The notes beneath the pieces are model-generated. The model did not search any database. It had not been told where the DNA came from and saw nothing but the letters and a program-made list of their open reading frames with translations. Source: the human T2T-CHM13v2.0 reference genome, Homo sapiens. Taken from it: a stretch of DNA of 64,000 nucleotides. Location: the NCBI RefSeq assembly GCF_009914755.1, contig NC_060925.1; one strand, 5' to 3'. The position numbers and the translations under genes are program-made. Positions 13,634 through 26,989 of the stretch are shown piece by piece; positions within the stretch are counted from its first letter, which is position 1; each line of letters starts with the position of its first letter.

Positions 13634-13939
13634 TGAAGTGGTTTCTTTTTATAGATATGATTAATTCTCAATACTTTAGGCTAGAATTTAAGCCCTTGCA
13701 AAATTTTATTATGCCCCACCACCAACATTATACTTAAGCCAAAGTGAACCAAAATGAACCATTCGCCATTGCTATTAAACATTCTCAAAATGTCCTGCCT
13801 GTATGCTAATGATAATCTGTTCTCTCTGTTTGGATAATCTCTCTCTATCCCTCCAGCATATTTAAATGTGTAATAAGGGTGCGCAGAAAGATACAAGCCT
13901 GTGAAGACAAGGATAAGGGAAGTACAATATGCGAAGGTC

Positions 13940-14070
13940 TAGAAGATATCTATTAGACTTGGCATAGGAAAGGTCTGAGTGACCTTTGCCAGGATTGTTT
14001 CAGTCAAGTGTTGGGAATGTTGGTGGATTGAGGAGTAAATGGGAGTTGAGTAACTGGAGGCAACAGAAAC
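13940..14070 (-). mobile_element. L2 fragment
   Basis: gtgacctttgccaggattgtttcagt...ggattgaggagtaaatgggag. Confidence 0.55.
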
Positions 14071-14924
14071 ACATTATTGATCAAGATAGAAGATGAAAAA
14101 TGAAGTGTAAGAGAGAGGGAAACAGGAGAGCTCAGAGCATGGTTTTAGGTAACAGGGGGCAAAAAGATAGACAGGAAGAAATTTAAGATCTAAACTTAAA
14201 GAACATGGGAAATAACATAATCGAGAAGAAATGTGAAGAAGTTGGCCTTGTACATGAGGAAGGACACTTAGAGAAGCCTGCGGTAAAGTGATGACTTTCT
14301 AAAAATGGAATGGAATTAGCAGAATGAATTTGTAGCACACATTTACCACTAAGTAGCTGGAGAGTCGGGATGTCCCTGGATTTTTGCCATCCAATATATA
14401 ATATTAGGACAGTCAGACCTCTAATACTGATGAGGAGTCACACAATATTTCAGGTTGAATAAAATCCTATCTTCTACCTTATGCTTGCATCCATGTCACA
14501 GAAAAGATGTTTACTCTCTTAACTTTAGTGGTTGGGGATTAATTTCTACATGAAACAGAAAATTCAATTTTCAGAAAGCCTTAAGTATCAGAAACTTCTC
14601 TTCTAAATAGAAGTGTCTACCTCCCTGCCATATGGTGCCTGTTTTGCCCTTAAAAGTTCCTTAAGACTTGAATTTCTCTTCAAATATGTCTATAGTGATG
14701 GGTTTTTTTCTTAAACCAAATTATTCGGTCATTCCACCGTTTTTATCATATGACATAATTTCCAAACCTTTCATTTTCTCAGAGATTACTTTTTGGATGT
14801 ACCAACATCTGTTTAAATTGTGATATCCAAGAATAAAAATATTATTCCAGATATGATTTGATCAGGGAAAAGTAGTGAAGAGTTCATTCTAGGCACTTGG
14901 TTTTATTAAGTACAGCCAAGATAC

Positions 14925-15165
14925 TGACTAAGATTTATTGAGTACTTATTATATGCAGGCAATTTCTTAAGAGTTTTAAATGCGTCATTTTATTTAATCT
15001 TTATAGTAGCCCTATAAAGTAGGAACTATTCTTATTACATTTCACTGACTGACAATTGGAAGCCAAGATGGGTTAAATAATTTTCACAAGGTCACTGAGC
15101 TAGTAAGTGGCAGAGCTGGAATTTGATCTAAGGTTTGCTTGACTTCAGAATTCAAGCTTTGAAGT
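14925..15165 (-). mobile_element. MIR SINE
   Basis: atttattgagtacttattatatgcaggca...aaggtcactgagctagtaagtggcagagctggaatttga. Confidence 0.85.
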
Positions 15166-17959
15166 GATACATGATAACTTCATGTGTGTTGATAGGTGTC
15201 ACTCATTTCCCTTCCATCCTATAGGTTTCTTGAACCAAGTGCTGAGCACGGAGTACAGCACCAGAGGCTCTCATGGAATGGGGGTTGAATCCCTATGGTG
15301 CAGATATTACTAGCTCCCATTTTGCAGCTGAGAAAACCGAGGCTCAATTTAACAACAAATATTTACTAAGAGCCCTACTAAGTCCCAGGCATAGCACTGT
15401 TGCCAACAGTGAAACAATAGTAAGCACAGAGTTTTATGAAAATAAAGAGTCCTATATCTGGACTCACAGGTCAATACTATTTCACAACATTACAGCTTTT
15501 CATCCAACAAAATTTTTCAGAATCAATGTGGAAGAATGAAATTTGCCATCTCTAGCAAATAAAAAAAAACTGTTCAGGCAAATGAAGATGTCCCCTTTCG
15601 ATAGTTTCTGGAGAGAAAGATGTGGTTCTGATGAGGAAAACATAATAATGTTCAGTCAAGGAGTAGAAAGAGGCTTTCTTTAACCTCTCTCCACAAATCT
15701 AAAGTTTTTTTAAATGCCCGTTCCCCCCACCTGACAAATGTAGCATTCTTTTAAATATGTAGTAAAAGTGTAAATCAGAACAAAGACCATATTTCACACC
15801 AAGAGGCTTGTATATCCATCAGGTATTTATGGTGCTGCTGTTAGCCAACTCTTCCATCTGGAATGTCTTTAGTCATCTTTCATCTGGTACACCTATTAGA
15901 GGAATGCCAGAGCCATCCATAACAAAGGGGCTCATCTTTTAGAACCCCTTTGGCAGGAAGGAGAAATCCAAAGGTTTCCCATAAAGCCTGTGTTTCACAT
16001 TGCGTTTAATGCAGTTGTTTGATATGATAATGTCTTTGGGGGAAACTTGGCCCTGCCCCTCAAGGATAATAATGGACAGTTATTTTATTCTGTTGTGCTG
16101 TCTAATGAGGAACCATCTATTAAAAGCACAAGGGTTTGTATAATCTACAAATTATAGAGGGAAGAGATTGTAGATTCTTTTCCTCCCTCCAACAAAACTA
16201 AAAGACTTGGCCAAAAAAAAAGAGACCTTATTATTATTTCTAAATTGGGTGGTGAGTACCTGTTATCATCTAAAACCAGTTAAAAAACAAAAACAAATCG
16301 GGAAAAGTTTAATGGACTCTCCCATTAAACATAATCGAATATTCTTAGAACAAAGCTGTTACACAGATATTTTCCAGTTTGTTCAAGTAAAGGTAAAATA
16401 TAAAATCTAAACATGAACTTTTAAAAATAATCATTTCCAAAGGATGAATACATCGCTGGGAAAAAAACAACAGCTTTAACTGTCACTTTGAACACTGCAA
16501 TGCTATTTCATTAGTCCCTCAGCAGAATGTCTCATTATGAAAATAATATGTGGGGAGTTCTTAGTTCAAAAAAGCCAGGAGACAAATTCATTGCTAAAAT
16601 GTTCCAGAATGTCTCAGAAGGAAATAAAACTACCAGAACTTTCATCCTATTCCAACCACAGACACAATGTCCATGAGGAACTGTCATTCTTTTTGACATG
16701 ACTGCTCAATATAGGGTTGGGAAATGCCTCCAAGCAGAGGAACCCATTCTGGAAGCCACTCTAACTGCTCTCATCCTCAGCATAGATGTAGAAACACAGG
16801 CCTGCAAGTGTCTCCTATCAATTAGACATTCAGAACGGAGAAGGGCTGTCTAAATGCATGGGGGTGAGGAAGCTGCAGGGCTTTATGCCTTATTAATTGG
16901 ACATTGCTATTTAAACTCTTGAAGACTCCAAATGGTTTTGGCATGTGGTCAGAACCATAAAATAAATGGACTCAATAAGTGAAAAGGAATACTCTGAGCT
17001 AGGCCATTTCCTGTTCCTCCCTAGAATCCTAAACTGTGTCTGGTACCAGAATTTCAAGCTCAAATCTCAGCTGAATACTCAGCAAGCCGTTAAGTGCTGC
17101 TGCAACTGTAATTGAGACTTTTCTTCTTCTCCTTTTAGTTCTGGCCTCTTCAAGAGGTGGTGGCGTGAATAAATAACCACCTTTATTTTAAATTGGCCAA
17201 TGAGTCTACTTCCGTCGAAAGAAATTGCCCAGCAAAATAAAGCCTCACTTGATTTGTACGTGTGTGGGTGGTGGGGGTTGGTGGAGGGAGTATTTCATTA
17301 AGTCATAGTGCCTCTTCTTCCATTTGAATGAGTTCTTCCATGCAAATTATCCTGAAAAGAAGTCTACTTCTGGCACTAAGCATGGAAGAGGGTCTATTTC
17401 CAGAAAAGAAGGTGGCAGGACAGACCAGAGTAGGTTCCCATCTGTCTTTGCTTCTTTAAGAATCAAGACGGTCTTCTGAAAACAGACTGCTTCATCCCAT
17501 GAAAATGAGCAGAGAGTCTGGTGATAAAGCAGACACCCTGCCATCGGCATCATCCTGATGAACACTGCATTGCTATTTCATTAATCTCTCACTTCCATGC
17601 TTCTCTACCTGTTTTCAGCGCTGTTCATGTCTCCTCACAGTGTGTCAACACAGTGGAAGGAAATAGAGTGTTGGAGCCATCAACACTCTCACTTTCCCTC
17701 CTCATCCTTGTCGAGCAGATTATGCTTTTGTAACTGGTCACAGGTAGCAGGCCAAGAGAGACCTTCTTGAGGGACTGCTGTTTAGGGTGTTAAGAGATAA
17801 GCCAACGCGGTCTGTTGGGAAAAGCTGGGGATAGGCGCACTCCTCTACCAAGTCCAGTACAGGAGTTCCTTCAAAGAGGCTCTGCTAAGGGAGCGTAAAA
17901 GAGGGGGAAAGGAGCCATCCTTTTTGGCCACGGACTCTGTACCAGATGTTCCCTTTTAA

Positions 17960-18130
17960 GAGTTTCACATACATTATCACACTTAAACCTCACAGCAGCA
18001 GTTTGAGGGAGATCTGACTGCTCCCATTTTATACATAAGGACACTGAGGCTTAGAATCTTAAATGATGTGCTTAAGGTACATGCTATGGACTCGAAAGTT
18101 GAAAACTACGCCTGTATATGCCCAAAGTCC
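17960..18130 (-). mobile_element. MIR fragment
   Basis: ctcccattttatacataaggacactgaggcttag. Confidence 0.7.
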
Positions 18131-18499
18131 TTGGCAGTTTCTGCCAAAGGCTCTTTGTGCCACTTCATGTGAATAATAAAACACTCTGACACACCCCTCC
18201 ACCCCCACCCTATGCCTCCTATCTGCCTTGGTGTTTATGTCCATTGGCTCTCATCTAAGCATTTTGCATTGGGTGCTTTTTGGTGTCTCAGTTCTTACCC
18301 TGCAACTCTACTCATTGCCTTGGCTTTGGTAACCAATATTCATTTTCTTCCAAATAAAACCTAATCTTGGCTCCAAAACTCTATTTCCTTACACTGTTGG
18401 CACACTTTGAGGAGGCACGAGCAGCCCTGAAAAAAGGTAGGGAAGCATGCTGCAGAATTTCAAGCCTCTCTCTCTATTAGTTTATTAATTTAAGATAGA

Positions 18500-18745
18500 A
18501 TTCAGTGTTAAGAGCATGGGCTTTCGGTTCACTCAGAAGTGGGTTCCAAGCCAGACATTTTCATTAGATGGGTCACTCTGAACAAGTTACTCATGCGCAT
18601 CAGCCTCAGTATTCTCTTCTACAAAATGGGGATAGAGATGTGCTCCAACCAGATTTATTGTTAGGGTTACGTGACATAATGTATGAAAGCACTAAGCATA
18701 GAATAGAGTGCTTAGTGAGCACTTAATAAATGGAAGCTATTATTT
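18500..18745 (+). mobile_element. MIR SINE
   Basis: gttaagagcatgggcttt...cctcagtattctcttctacaaaatggggata...cacttaataaatggaagctatt. Confidence 0.85.
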
Positions 18746-20025
18746 ACGGTAAATGTTTGAAATTAAATGGTCACCATATTTATTGTAGAGTTGATAAATG
18801 AAGCTCATATCCCAGGGAAGAAATGAAACAGTATTATCATAGCATACTTATTTACCTTCCCCCAGAATGCTGAGGTCCTTTCCTACCTCTTCGTGGAAAT
18901 ATTCCTTGCTCTGCAATCTTTCATGTCTTGCAAGCTTCAATCAATACAATTGATTTAATGATTAATTTATTGTGTTCCTCAGTAAAAGCCCAGCATCGAC
19001 TTCTTAAAATGGAATCTTATCGCATTTTAGACACACAAAACTAATTGGCGACAATCATTTAAAGGGGAAGCACAAAACATTCTATACACACACACACAAA
19101 GTCAAAGCAAATAATGAGAAAAAAAGCTTGTATTATTTTAAGAATGCAAAAGTAGAGGATGAGTTGAAGTGTTCAGGCTTTCTGATTTGCTGAGCTCAAA
19201 AGATCATTTGGGCCAATTATGCTTATCTGTGAACTGACATTATTCATGACCTTTACATCCTGCCCTCTCTAAAACGACTTCAGGATTTTTTTTTCTGCTA
19301 GTAGTATGAGGAACAGTTGTGCTCTTCATTGCCTCATGGTTTGTTTTTATCTCAGACTAACCATGAGGCCTCCATCCTTCCCACTGGCATGTAGAAGATG
19401 TAGAGACAATCCTTGTATTGCATTTCTAGTTATGCATGTTTTAGATTGTTTCATTTCAAATGTGTGGGGTTTTTTTATTTCTACCATTTTGTTTCTCCTT
19501 GCTTCATCTTGCCCACCAAATTATAAAATGGATTACCTAGTGGAACTTCAAAGCATCTTTTTAGTTGCCTGTGTATATTTGGAACAAGGTAAGGGATAAA
19601 TAAATACAGAAGTTAGGGGAAAAAAAAGTCTAGTTTCTTGTTCTCCTGTGCCACAGCCTAGTTTTGTAGTTGGCTACTTGCATAGTATTTGCCTTCTGTA
19701 GAGAGCTAATAGACTCTACCAGCAGCTCCCCACCCTGGTGGTTGGTTCTTTCTTTGCTGTCCTATCCTCTCAGGTGCCTTCCTTAGAAAGTCTGAGAAGG
19801 CTGGTGAGCCTCCAACCTGTGGGAGGTGGTTAAGGGAGGGCCTCGGGAGGCTGACTTGGCCACATGGTGTCAGTCTTGCAGCACTGATGTGAGAATTCTG
19901 GGACTTGTCTTTGGCAGCAAGAAATGTTCCATGCTTCCCCCATACAACTCTCACGTGAACCAGGATGAAATAGCATTTGTTAGAGGTTTTGTCTGCTCCA
20001 GGGGGAAGGGATAGGAGCTCTCTTT

Positions 20026-20028
<3 letters not shown>

Positions 20029-20089
<61 letters not shown>
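20029..20089. repeat. Perfect (AT)30 microsatellite
   Basis: Uninterrupted AT dinucleotide run read directly. Confidence 0.98.
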
Positions 20090-20090
<1 letters not shown>

Positions 20091-20234
20091 TTTCCTAGCT
20101 GAGCTGTGTGTATGGTAACTTTTACACAATGGAAGGAACAGTAATTTTAAAAAATAATTTTCTTCACCAGGAGCCTTCTTGGCAAGATTGTCCACCCAGC
20201 ACCACACTGAGTGAGCCTGCTGAGGCAGCCAAGT

Positions 20235-20480
20235 ATCCTGGTGAAATCCTGGGCTTTGGAGCCTGACAGACCTGTGTTTGCATTCTCATTCTCCTAGCCC
20301 TGCACCCTGGCTAGCTGTGTGACCTCAAGCAATTTTTAAACTTTCTGTGCCTCAGTTTCTTCGTCTCCAAAATACCATTTATAATACCCATTTCAGAGGA
20401 ATGCTGTGAGAATTAGGTTGGGTTGGCTTATAGAGCACAAGCTTACCATAGGTGCTCAGTGAATGAGAGTTATCAATAAA
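20235..20480 (+). mobile_element. MIR SINE
   Basis: ggctttggagcctgacagacctg...ctagctgtgtgacctcaagcaa...ctgtgcctcagtttc. Confidence 0.85.
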
Positions 20481-20864
20481 ATGTGAGCTGCTCTCTATTT
20501 TACGTTTAAAATATATCTTCTACATTTTTTCCACAGAAACCAGTCAGAGAGGGAGAGAGAGAGAAAGCACTACAGTGGGGAGTGTGTGTGTATGTGTTTG
20601 TGTGTGTGTTGCTCAAGTGATGTGTACAGGAAGTAAAATCCTCCTAATATATTACATGTGACAGCTGCTGAACCTGTATCCTAACATCTCTTTCCCTGCC
20701 CAATAGTTCCATGACTCTCTCCTAGTGACAATGAACATTTCTACGATGCTTACTAATGACAGACAGCACAACACAGAGCATGAAACAGCCTCTCCCCAGG
20801 AACAGAGCTCAGCAACCCTATGCTCTAGCATCATCTGCACCAATTCTTTGATGTTCTCAGTGCT

Positions 20865-21120
20865 GGAGACAGCCTACTCAAAGGAATGCAGGGTTTGGAG
20901 TCAAGGAGTCAAGTGTAGGTAGGAATTTCAGCTCCCAGACTTAACTAGCTGTGTAAGCTTGAGTAACCATTTACTCCATCAAAGTTTCACTTTTATAATT
21001 TGTAAAAATAAGAATAATGCCACCTAATTATTAATGTTGTTTTTTATTGGGGGTTAAATAAGACAGCACAAGTGAAAGCTCTGAAGACGAAGGAAATGCC
21101 AAGTCCCTGGTAAATATTTC
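20865..21120 (+). mobile_element. MIR SINE
   Basis: tttggagtca...actagctgtgtaagcttgagtaacc...tgtaaaaataagaataatgccacct. Confidence 0.7.
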
Positions 21121-22090
21121 CTGTTCACTTTTAGATGAAGGCTCTCAGGACTGCCCAATCTGATGGAAGAAATTGCCTTCCTAGACTTGCCAGCATCTCT
21201 GGGAACTGTCTTGAACTCCATATCAGAGATATGTAGAGGAGGAAACACACAAGTTCTCTTTCAAACACATTAAGTTGGAGGTGTCTGTTGAATCGGTAGG
21301 TGGAGATGTCTTCTGGGTTGGATATACAGGTCTATAGCTTTGGAAGAACTCTGGGTGGAGATTAGGAAGTCGTCTGAATTGAATGAATTTCACTCAAGCA
21401 AATAACTTTCTTCCAGGTATTCCCAGTCCCACTTCCCTTCGTCAACTCAATTTAACACATGCCGACTGTTAGGCCCTATTTTCTTTCAGAGAATCTTAGG
21501 CTAGCTGGAAATACTGTTCTTCCACTTGGCTCATCCACTCTTGCTTGGACTCCTTCCATTCCTGCCCAGGTATTACAGAATATAGAATCCACGTGGAACT
21601 ATGAAATTCTGTTTTCTAAGCCATGGCTTCCTACCTTATAAAATTCAGTGTTTCAGATTGATAGTCTCTAGGTTGACCTATGATATGACACTGTTGTAGA
21701 ATCCTAGAGGGTTGCTGATTACCAGTAACAAACATCCTCTTTTAAGTATTGGAAACTGAGGCCCAGAAGAGCATCTAAGTGATTTTCTCCATCACTGCGA
21801 AACTCAGAGCCATCACATCAGTCTGCCTCCTTACTTATAATGTGGTAGGTTATGATCTAGATGGTAGTTCAATTACTTAAGGGGTCAAGGATTAAAGTGT
21901 GGCCCTTCTCATGAACCAGCTGTTTAAAGGATTGAAAGGGAACTCTCCAAAGACCTCAACACATAGAACCCTTCATTAATATGAATTATTGTTGACATAG
22001 ACTTAGACTTGTCATGGGTTAGAAAAAACTCTGGCCATCAAATAAAATGATGAACTGATATGAACTGATAAAACAGTATTCCTCTAAAGG

Positions 22091-22134
22091 TAAGAGTCAG
22101 ATGGACCGAAGCTAAGAGTCAGATGGACCGAAGC
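22091..22134. repeat. Perfect 22-bp tandem duplication
   Basis: taagagtcagatggaccgaagc x2. Confidence 0.95.
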
Positions 22135-23698
22135 ATCCTATATGCTGGTCCAGTCTTGGCCAATATTTCCCAGTGTGATTATGGAACATGAGTCCCTTGG
22201 GGTGCTCAGTTAGAGAAAAAAAGAAAAAAAGCTTTGGAAGAGCTAAATATTCTCTCTCATGTCCTTAAAGGTTCACGGTGAAACAGTATATTAAAAGCTT
22301 TAGTTCTAAAGAAATCTGCTCAGAGTTTGTACTCAGTTCAACTCCAGTCTCCCGAATCATAACTAACCATAGAACCTAAAATAAAGCATACATTAGCATC
22401 CCATAGAGCAAGTGTTTTTGTGAAATATCTTACCCACTTTGAAATTTCTGATATAAGCACAATTTTGGGTACTTGGTTGGTTTTTAATCTTTCATTTTTG
22501 CAAAAATCCAATGACGTGGACATTGTTTATAATGTTAAATGTTACATTGTTTAAAATGTTAAATGTTATAATCATTTTGTGATGAGGAAATGGGACTCAG
22601 AAAGGTGTGGGAACTTTGTGAGGCTCACATCATCAATATGCTCTGCTTTTTGCCCTGCTTTTCATTTTATGTTGTTTATAATTTTTCATATATCTATGAT
22701 GTATCCTTCTTCTGTGTCTTTTTTCATAATAATCTCTATGCCTGGAATTTGAGACTCACCATTCCTGGCTGATCTGTCTTCTTTACCTTTTAAGATGTAG
22801 GTCAGCAACCATCTTGGCTGCATTAAGTGTTCCTTCTCCATGACCCCAGAGAAAGCTCTTTATCACTATCTTAATATTGCTCAATTTATTTTGAAAGTTA
22901 CCATTTATGTGCCATCTTTTCCCAATAACTTATAGGGTCCTTAAGAGCAGATACTGTGTCTTCATTCTTCTTTGTGTACCTCCTCACATGCACAGTACTT
23001 ATCTTATAATAAATACATGTATATTAAAATTCCCGTAGTAGTGGCTCAGAGTCTCTCTTTTATACTGAATTGAACTGAACTGAACTGCAGCCAGTTCTCC
23101 ATAACTTCAAAACCCCAAACACTTATCATTATACCACACTGCATTCCATTCCAGCCATAAAAGTTCTATTACATTTTGGCCCAAATAACCAATGGACCTA
23201 TTTTTGGTCCCATGGTAGCTGGGAATTCTGTGGAGAATTGCAGCAAACAAATTTGGGAGGAGAATGGACACCTAAACTCAAACTTATATTACAGCAAAGA
23301 CGGCATTAGCAATCTATACATAAATCCCTTAGTACAGGGCCAGGAACAAAGGAATCTCTCAGTAAACATTAGCTATTATACAAGCTGTTAGAATTTCAGA
23401 GAATGAGTTCACTCATTGTCAGTAATACTTTTGTTTTCATAATGCCTTGAGTTAAAGATGAGATTCCAGCATTTTTGTAATTGAGTACTTTTGCTGGGTA
23501 GATCCAACCTGAAAATTAAGATTCCAGTATAGAGCAGGTGTAGGTAAGTCAGAAGCCACTGGCAAGGCATTCTGGCAGAACAGGTTTGTTTCTCTCAGAG
23601 TGAGCTATCTACCCACAATGGACACTATTATCTACAATGGGGGTGTCATCAGGACTCAGACAGAAGAGCTCTGCCTGGAAGCCAAATCTCCCTCCCTT

Positions 23699-24035
<337 letters not shown>

Positions 24036-24346
24036 CTACCCATTTAACAAGGCTCTGAAGCTTAAGTGTGCCTGTATTTTTTGAAATTTTGTCATTTTAA
24101 TTCTTTAAGAAGAGATTTATAGGGTTTTACTGTTTGTGTTACTACCTGTTACTTTCTCTTTCTCTCCTAGTGAAGTTTTCGAGGCATCTCTTCTTTCCCC
24201 GTCTCCTCGCTCCCCATATCTGACACTAAACCCTGAAGGTTATTATTTATAAATAGCCCCCATTTTCAGTCTCTGGTCTATTCACAACCTCATATGCTCT
24301 GAAACATTTGAATAGGCTCTTGACTTGTCTTCCTATCCCTGGTCTC

Positions 24347-25416
24347 TATCGGGGAACCTGCCCCCGATAGTCATGTAGGTTCTTTTCTATTTTCCCTAAG
24401 CATCAGCTGGGTTGATAAATAAAGGGACAGAGTACAAAAGAGAGAAATTTTAAAGCTGGGTGTCCGGGGGAGACATCACATGTCAGTAGGTTCCATGATG
24501 CCCCCTGAGCCGTAAAACCAGCAAGTTTTTATTAGGGATTTCAAAAGGGGAGGGAGTGTACAAATAGGGTGTGGGTCACAGAGATCACATACTTCACAAG
24601 GTAATAGAATATCACAAGGCAAATGGAGGCAGGGTGAGATCACAGGACCACAGGACCGGGGCGAAATTAAAATTGCTAATGAAGTTTTGGGCACCATTGT
24701 CATTGATAACATCTTATCAGGAGACAGGGTTTGAGAGCAACTGGTCTGACCAAAATTTATTAGGCAGCAATTTCCTCATCCTAAGAAGCCTGGGAGTGCT
24801 ATGGGAGACTTATTTCATCCCTACAGTCTCAACCATAGAATATGGCCACACCGTAGCGGGGCATTTTAGAGGCCCACCCTCAGGGGTGCATTCTCTTTCT
24901 CAGGGATGTTCCTTGCTGACAAAAAGAATTCAGCGATATTTCTCCCATTTGCTTTTGAAAGAAGAGAAATATGGCTCTGTTCTGCCTGGCTCACCGGCGG
25001 TCAGAGTTTAAGGTTATCTCTCTTGTTCCCTGAACATTGCTGTTATCCTGTTCTTTTTTCAAGGTGCCCAGATTTCATATTGTTCAAATACACATGCTCT
25101 ACAATTTGTGCAGTTAACACAATCATCACAGGGTCCTGAGGTGATATACATCCTCCTCAGCTTACAAAATGACAGGATTAAGAGATTAAAGTAAAGACAG
25201 GCATAGGAAATCACAAGGGTATTGATTGGGGAAGTGATAAGTGTCCATGAAATCTTCACAATTTATGTTTAGAGATTGCAGTAAAGACAGGCATAAGAAA
25301 TTATAAAAGTATTAATTTGGGGAACTAATAAATGTCCATGAAATTTTCACAATCCACGTTCTTCTGCCATGGCTTCAGCCGATCCCTCCATTTGGGGTCC
25401 CTGACTTCCCACAACA
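24347..25416 (-). mobile_element. MER11 (MER11C-like) solo LTR of HERV-K(HML-8)
   Basis: Minus strand begins TGTTGTGGGAAGTCAGGGACCCC and ends ..GGTTCCCCGATA; 1070 bp; MER11 internal repeats (gtaaagacaggcata, gtccatgaaat); 6-bp TSD ggtctc/ggtatc. Confidence 0.92.
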
Positions 25417-26083
25417 GGTATCATTAAAATAAATTGTCCCAGTTCCATGTCTCAAGATCTCCCATAAATCCCAGGAAAAATTAGAACTACTCAACCGACA
25501 AGGAAAATTCTTTATAATCTATTCCAGCCACTTCTATGGCCATATCTCATCATTTGCCTCTCCCTGTCCAGGTACACAGGTGCACACTGAACCTTTTACC
25601 ATTCTCCATTCTGTGTCTCTGTATATTCTCACTGTCAGTAATTCTCTACTTTCCCATGTGTTTGGCAATTCCTATTCATCCTTCAAAACTTGACTCAGAC
25701 ATTTCCCGCTCTGGAAGCTGCTCTTTCTCCTCAAAAGCCATGCATGTAGCTATGCCTCTGGGCTTCCACTGCACTTTTCCAGGCTTCTGTTGTGTTGGTG
25801 CACATCGTTGCTCTTCTTTCTTTAACTAGAAGGAGAGCTGTGGCAATGTCTGATGATCCTTTATGAAAGGAATGAAAAGGTCAAAATGCTATTTGCCATG
25901 GGGCACTCTATCCTTCCCTGTGGCTAGTCTATAAATCTTAGCCTCGGTATACCTTTTGCTAGGTAATCATTAAGACTGAGAGGGCCACATTGGACCAGAT
26001 GGGTAGGATGAGACAATGAATAAAGGGTTACTAGTTACTTGTGACTAATTTCAAGCTCAATATTACCATTCTCCTCTGTTTCC

Positions 26084-26365
26084 TTTTTTTTTTTTTTTGA
26101 GACAGAGTCTTGCTCTGTGGCCCAGGCTAGAATGCAGTGGCACAATCTTGGCTCACTGCAAGCTCTGCCTCCCGGGTTCACACCATTCTCCTGCCTCAGC
26201 CTCCTGAGTAGCTGGGACTACAGGCACCTGCCATCACTCCTGGCTATTTCTTTTTTGTAGTATTAGTAGAGACAGGGTTTCACCATGCTAGCCAGGATGT
26301 TCTCAATCTCCTGCCTCGGCCTCCCAAAGTGCTGGGATTATAGGCGTGAGCCACTGAGCCTGGCC
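26084..26365 (-). mobile_element. AluY-like SINE with small internal deletion
   Basis: gcaagctctgcctcccgggttcacaccattctcc; lacks the acctcgtgatccgccc segment near 26312. Confidence 0.9.
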
Positions 26366-26688
26366 TTCTTTTTTTTTTAATTTAATTAATTAATTTATTG
26401 TTTTTTGAGACAGGATCTTGCTCTGTCGCCCAGGTTGGAGTGCAGTGGTGAGATCTTGGCTCACTACAACCTCCACTTCCCAGGCTCAAGCAATCCTCGT
26501 GCCTCAGTCTCCCAAGTAGCTGCAATTACAGGTGTGTGCCACCACACCCAGCTAATTTGTGTATTTTTAGTAGAGATGGGGTTTTGCCATGTTGGCCAGG
26601 CTGGTCATGAACTCCTGGTCTCAAGTAATCCACCCACCTTGGCCTCCCAAAGTGCTGGGATTATAGGTGGGAGCCCCTGCGCCCAGCC
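26366..26688 (-). mobile_element. Older Alu (AluJ/AluSz-like)
   Basis: Diverged antisense Alu (ggctcaagcaatcctc, ctcaagtaatccaccc) with a degenerate tail. Confidence 0.9.
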
Positions 26689-26989
26689 TGAAGTACACTT
26701 CTGATCCACTTATTTCACATGGGGTCTATTCCAGCTCCCCAGAGTAGACAGGGATTCAGACAAAAACCCTGGCAAGGAATAACCAGGGCACATGCGGTTG
26801 GTGTCTTTTATATTTTCTCAGGGAACTTCAGTAACTAGCAGGGATTTGTGGGATGCTGGCTCTATCACAATCACACATCATAACACCCAGCATATTGAAT
26901 GGTATTTGTTTCTGTGTCTTTCTTTCCTGTTAGACTGTGAGCTCTTGTTCTAGTCCTGTGCTGAGCCTTGTAGCAAAACAGAGCAGAGT

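Noticed and set aside
14760-14900. Possible L3/CR1 relics (also ~59940-60420)
   Set aside because: Similarity too weak to support by eye.
19980-20207. ORF with IYIYIY repeat
   Set aside because: Translation of the (AT)30 microsatellite.
22091-22134. Direct repeats as a possible CRISPR-like array (also 28316, 39141, 58029)
   Set aside because: Only two copies each, no unique spacer series, and a mammalian context.
24571-25011. Longest ORF (146 aa, + strand)
   Set aside because: Lies wholly within the antisense MER11 LTR, has a GTG start and shows no recognisable domain.
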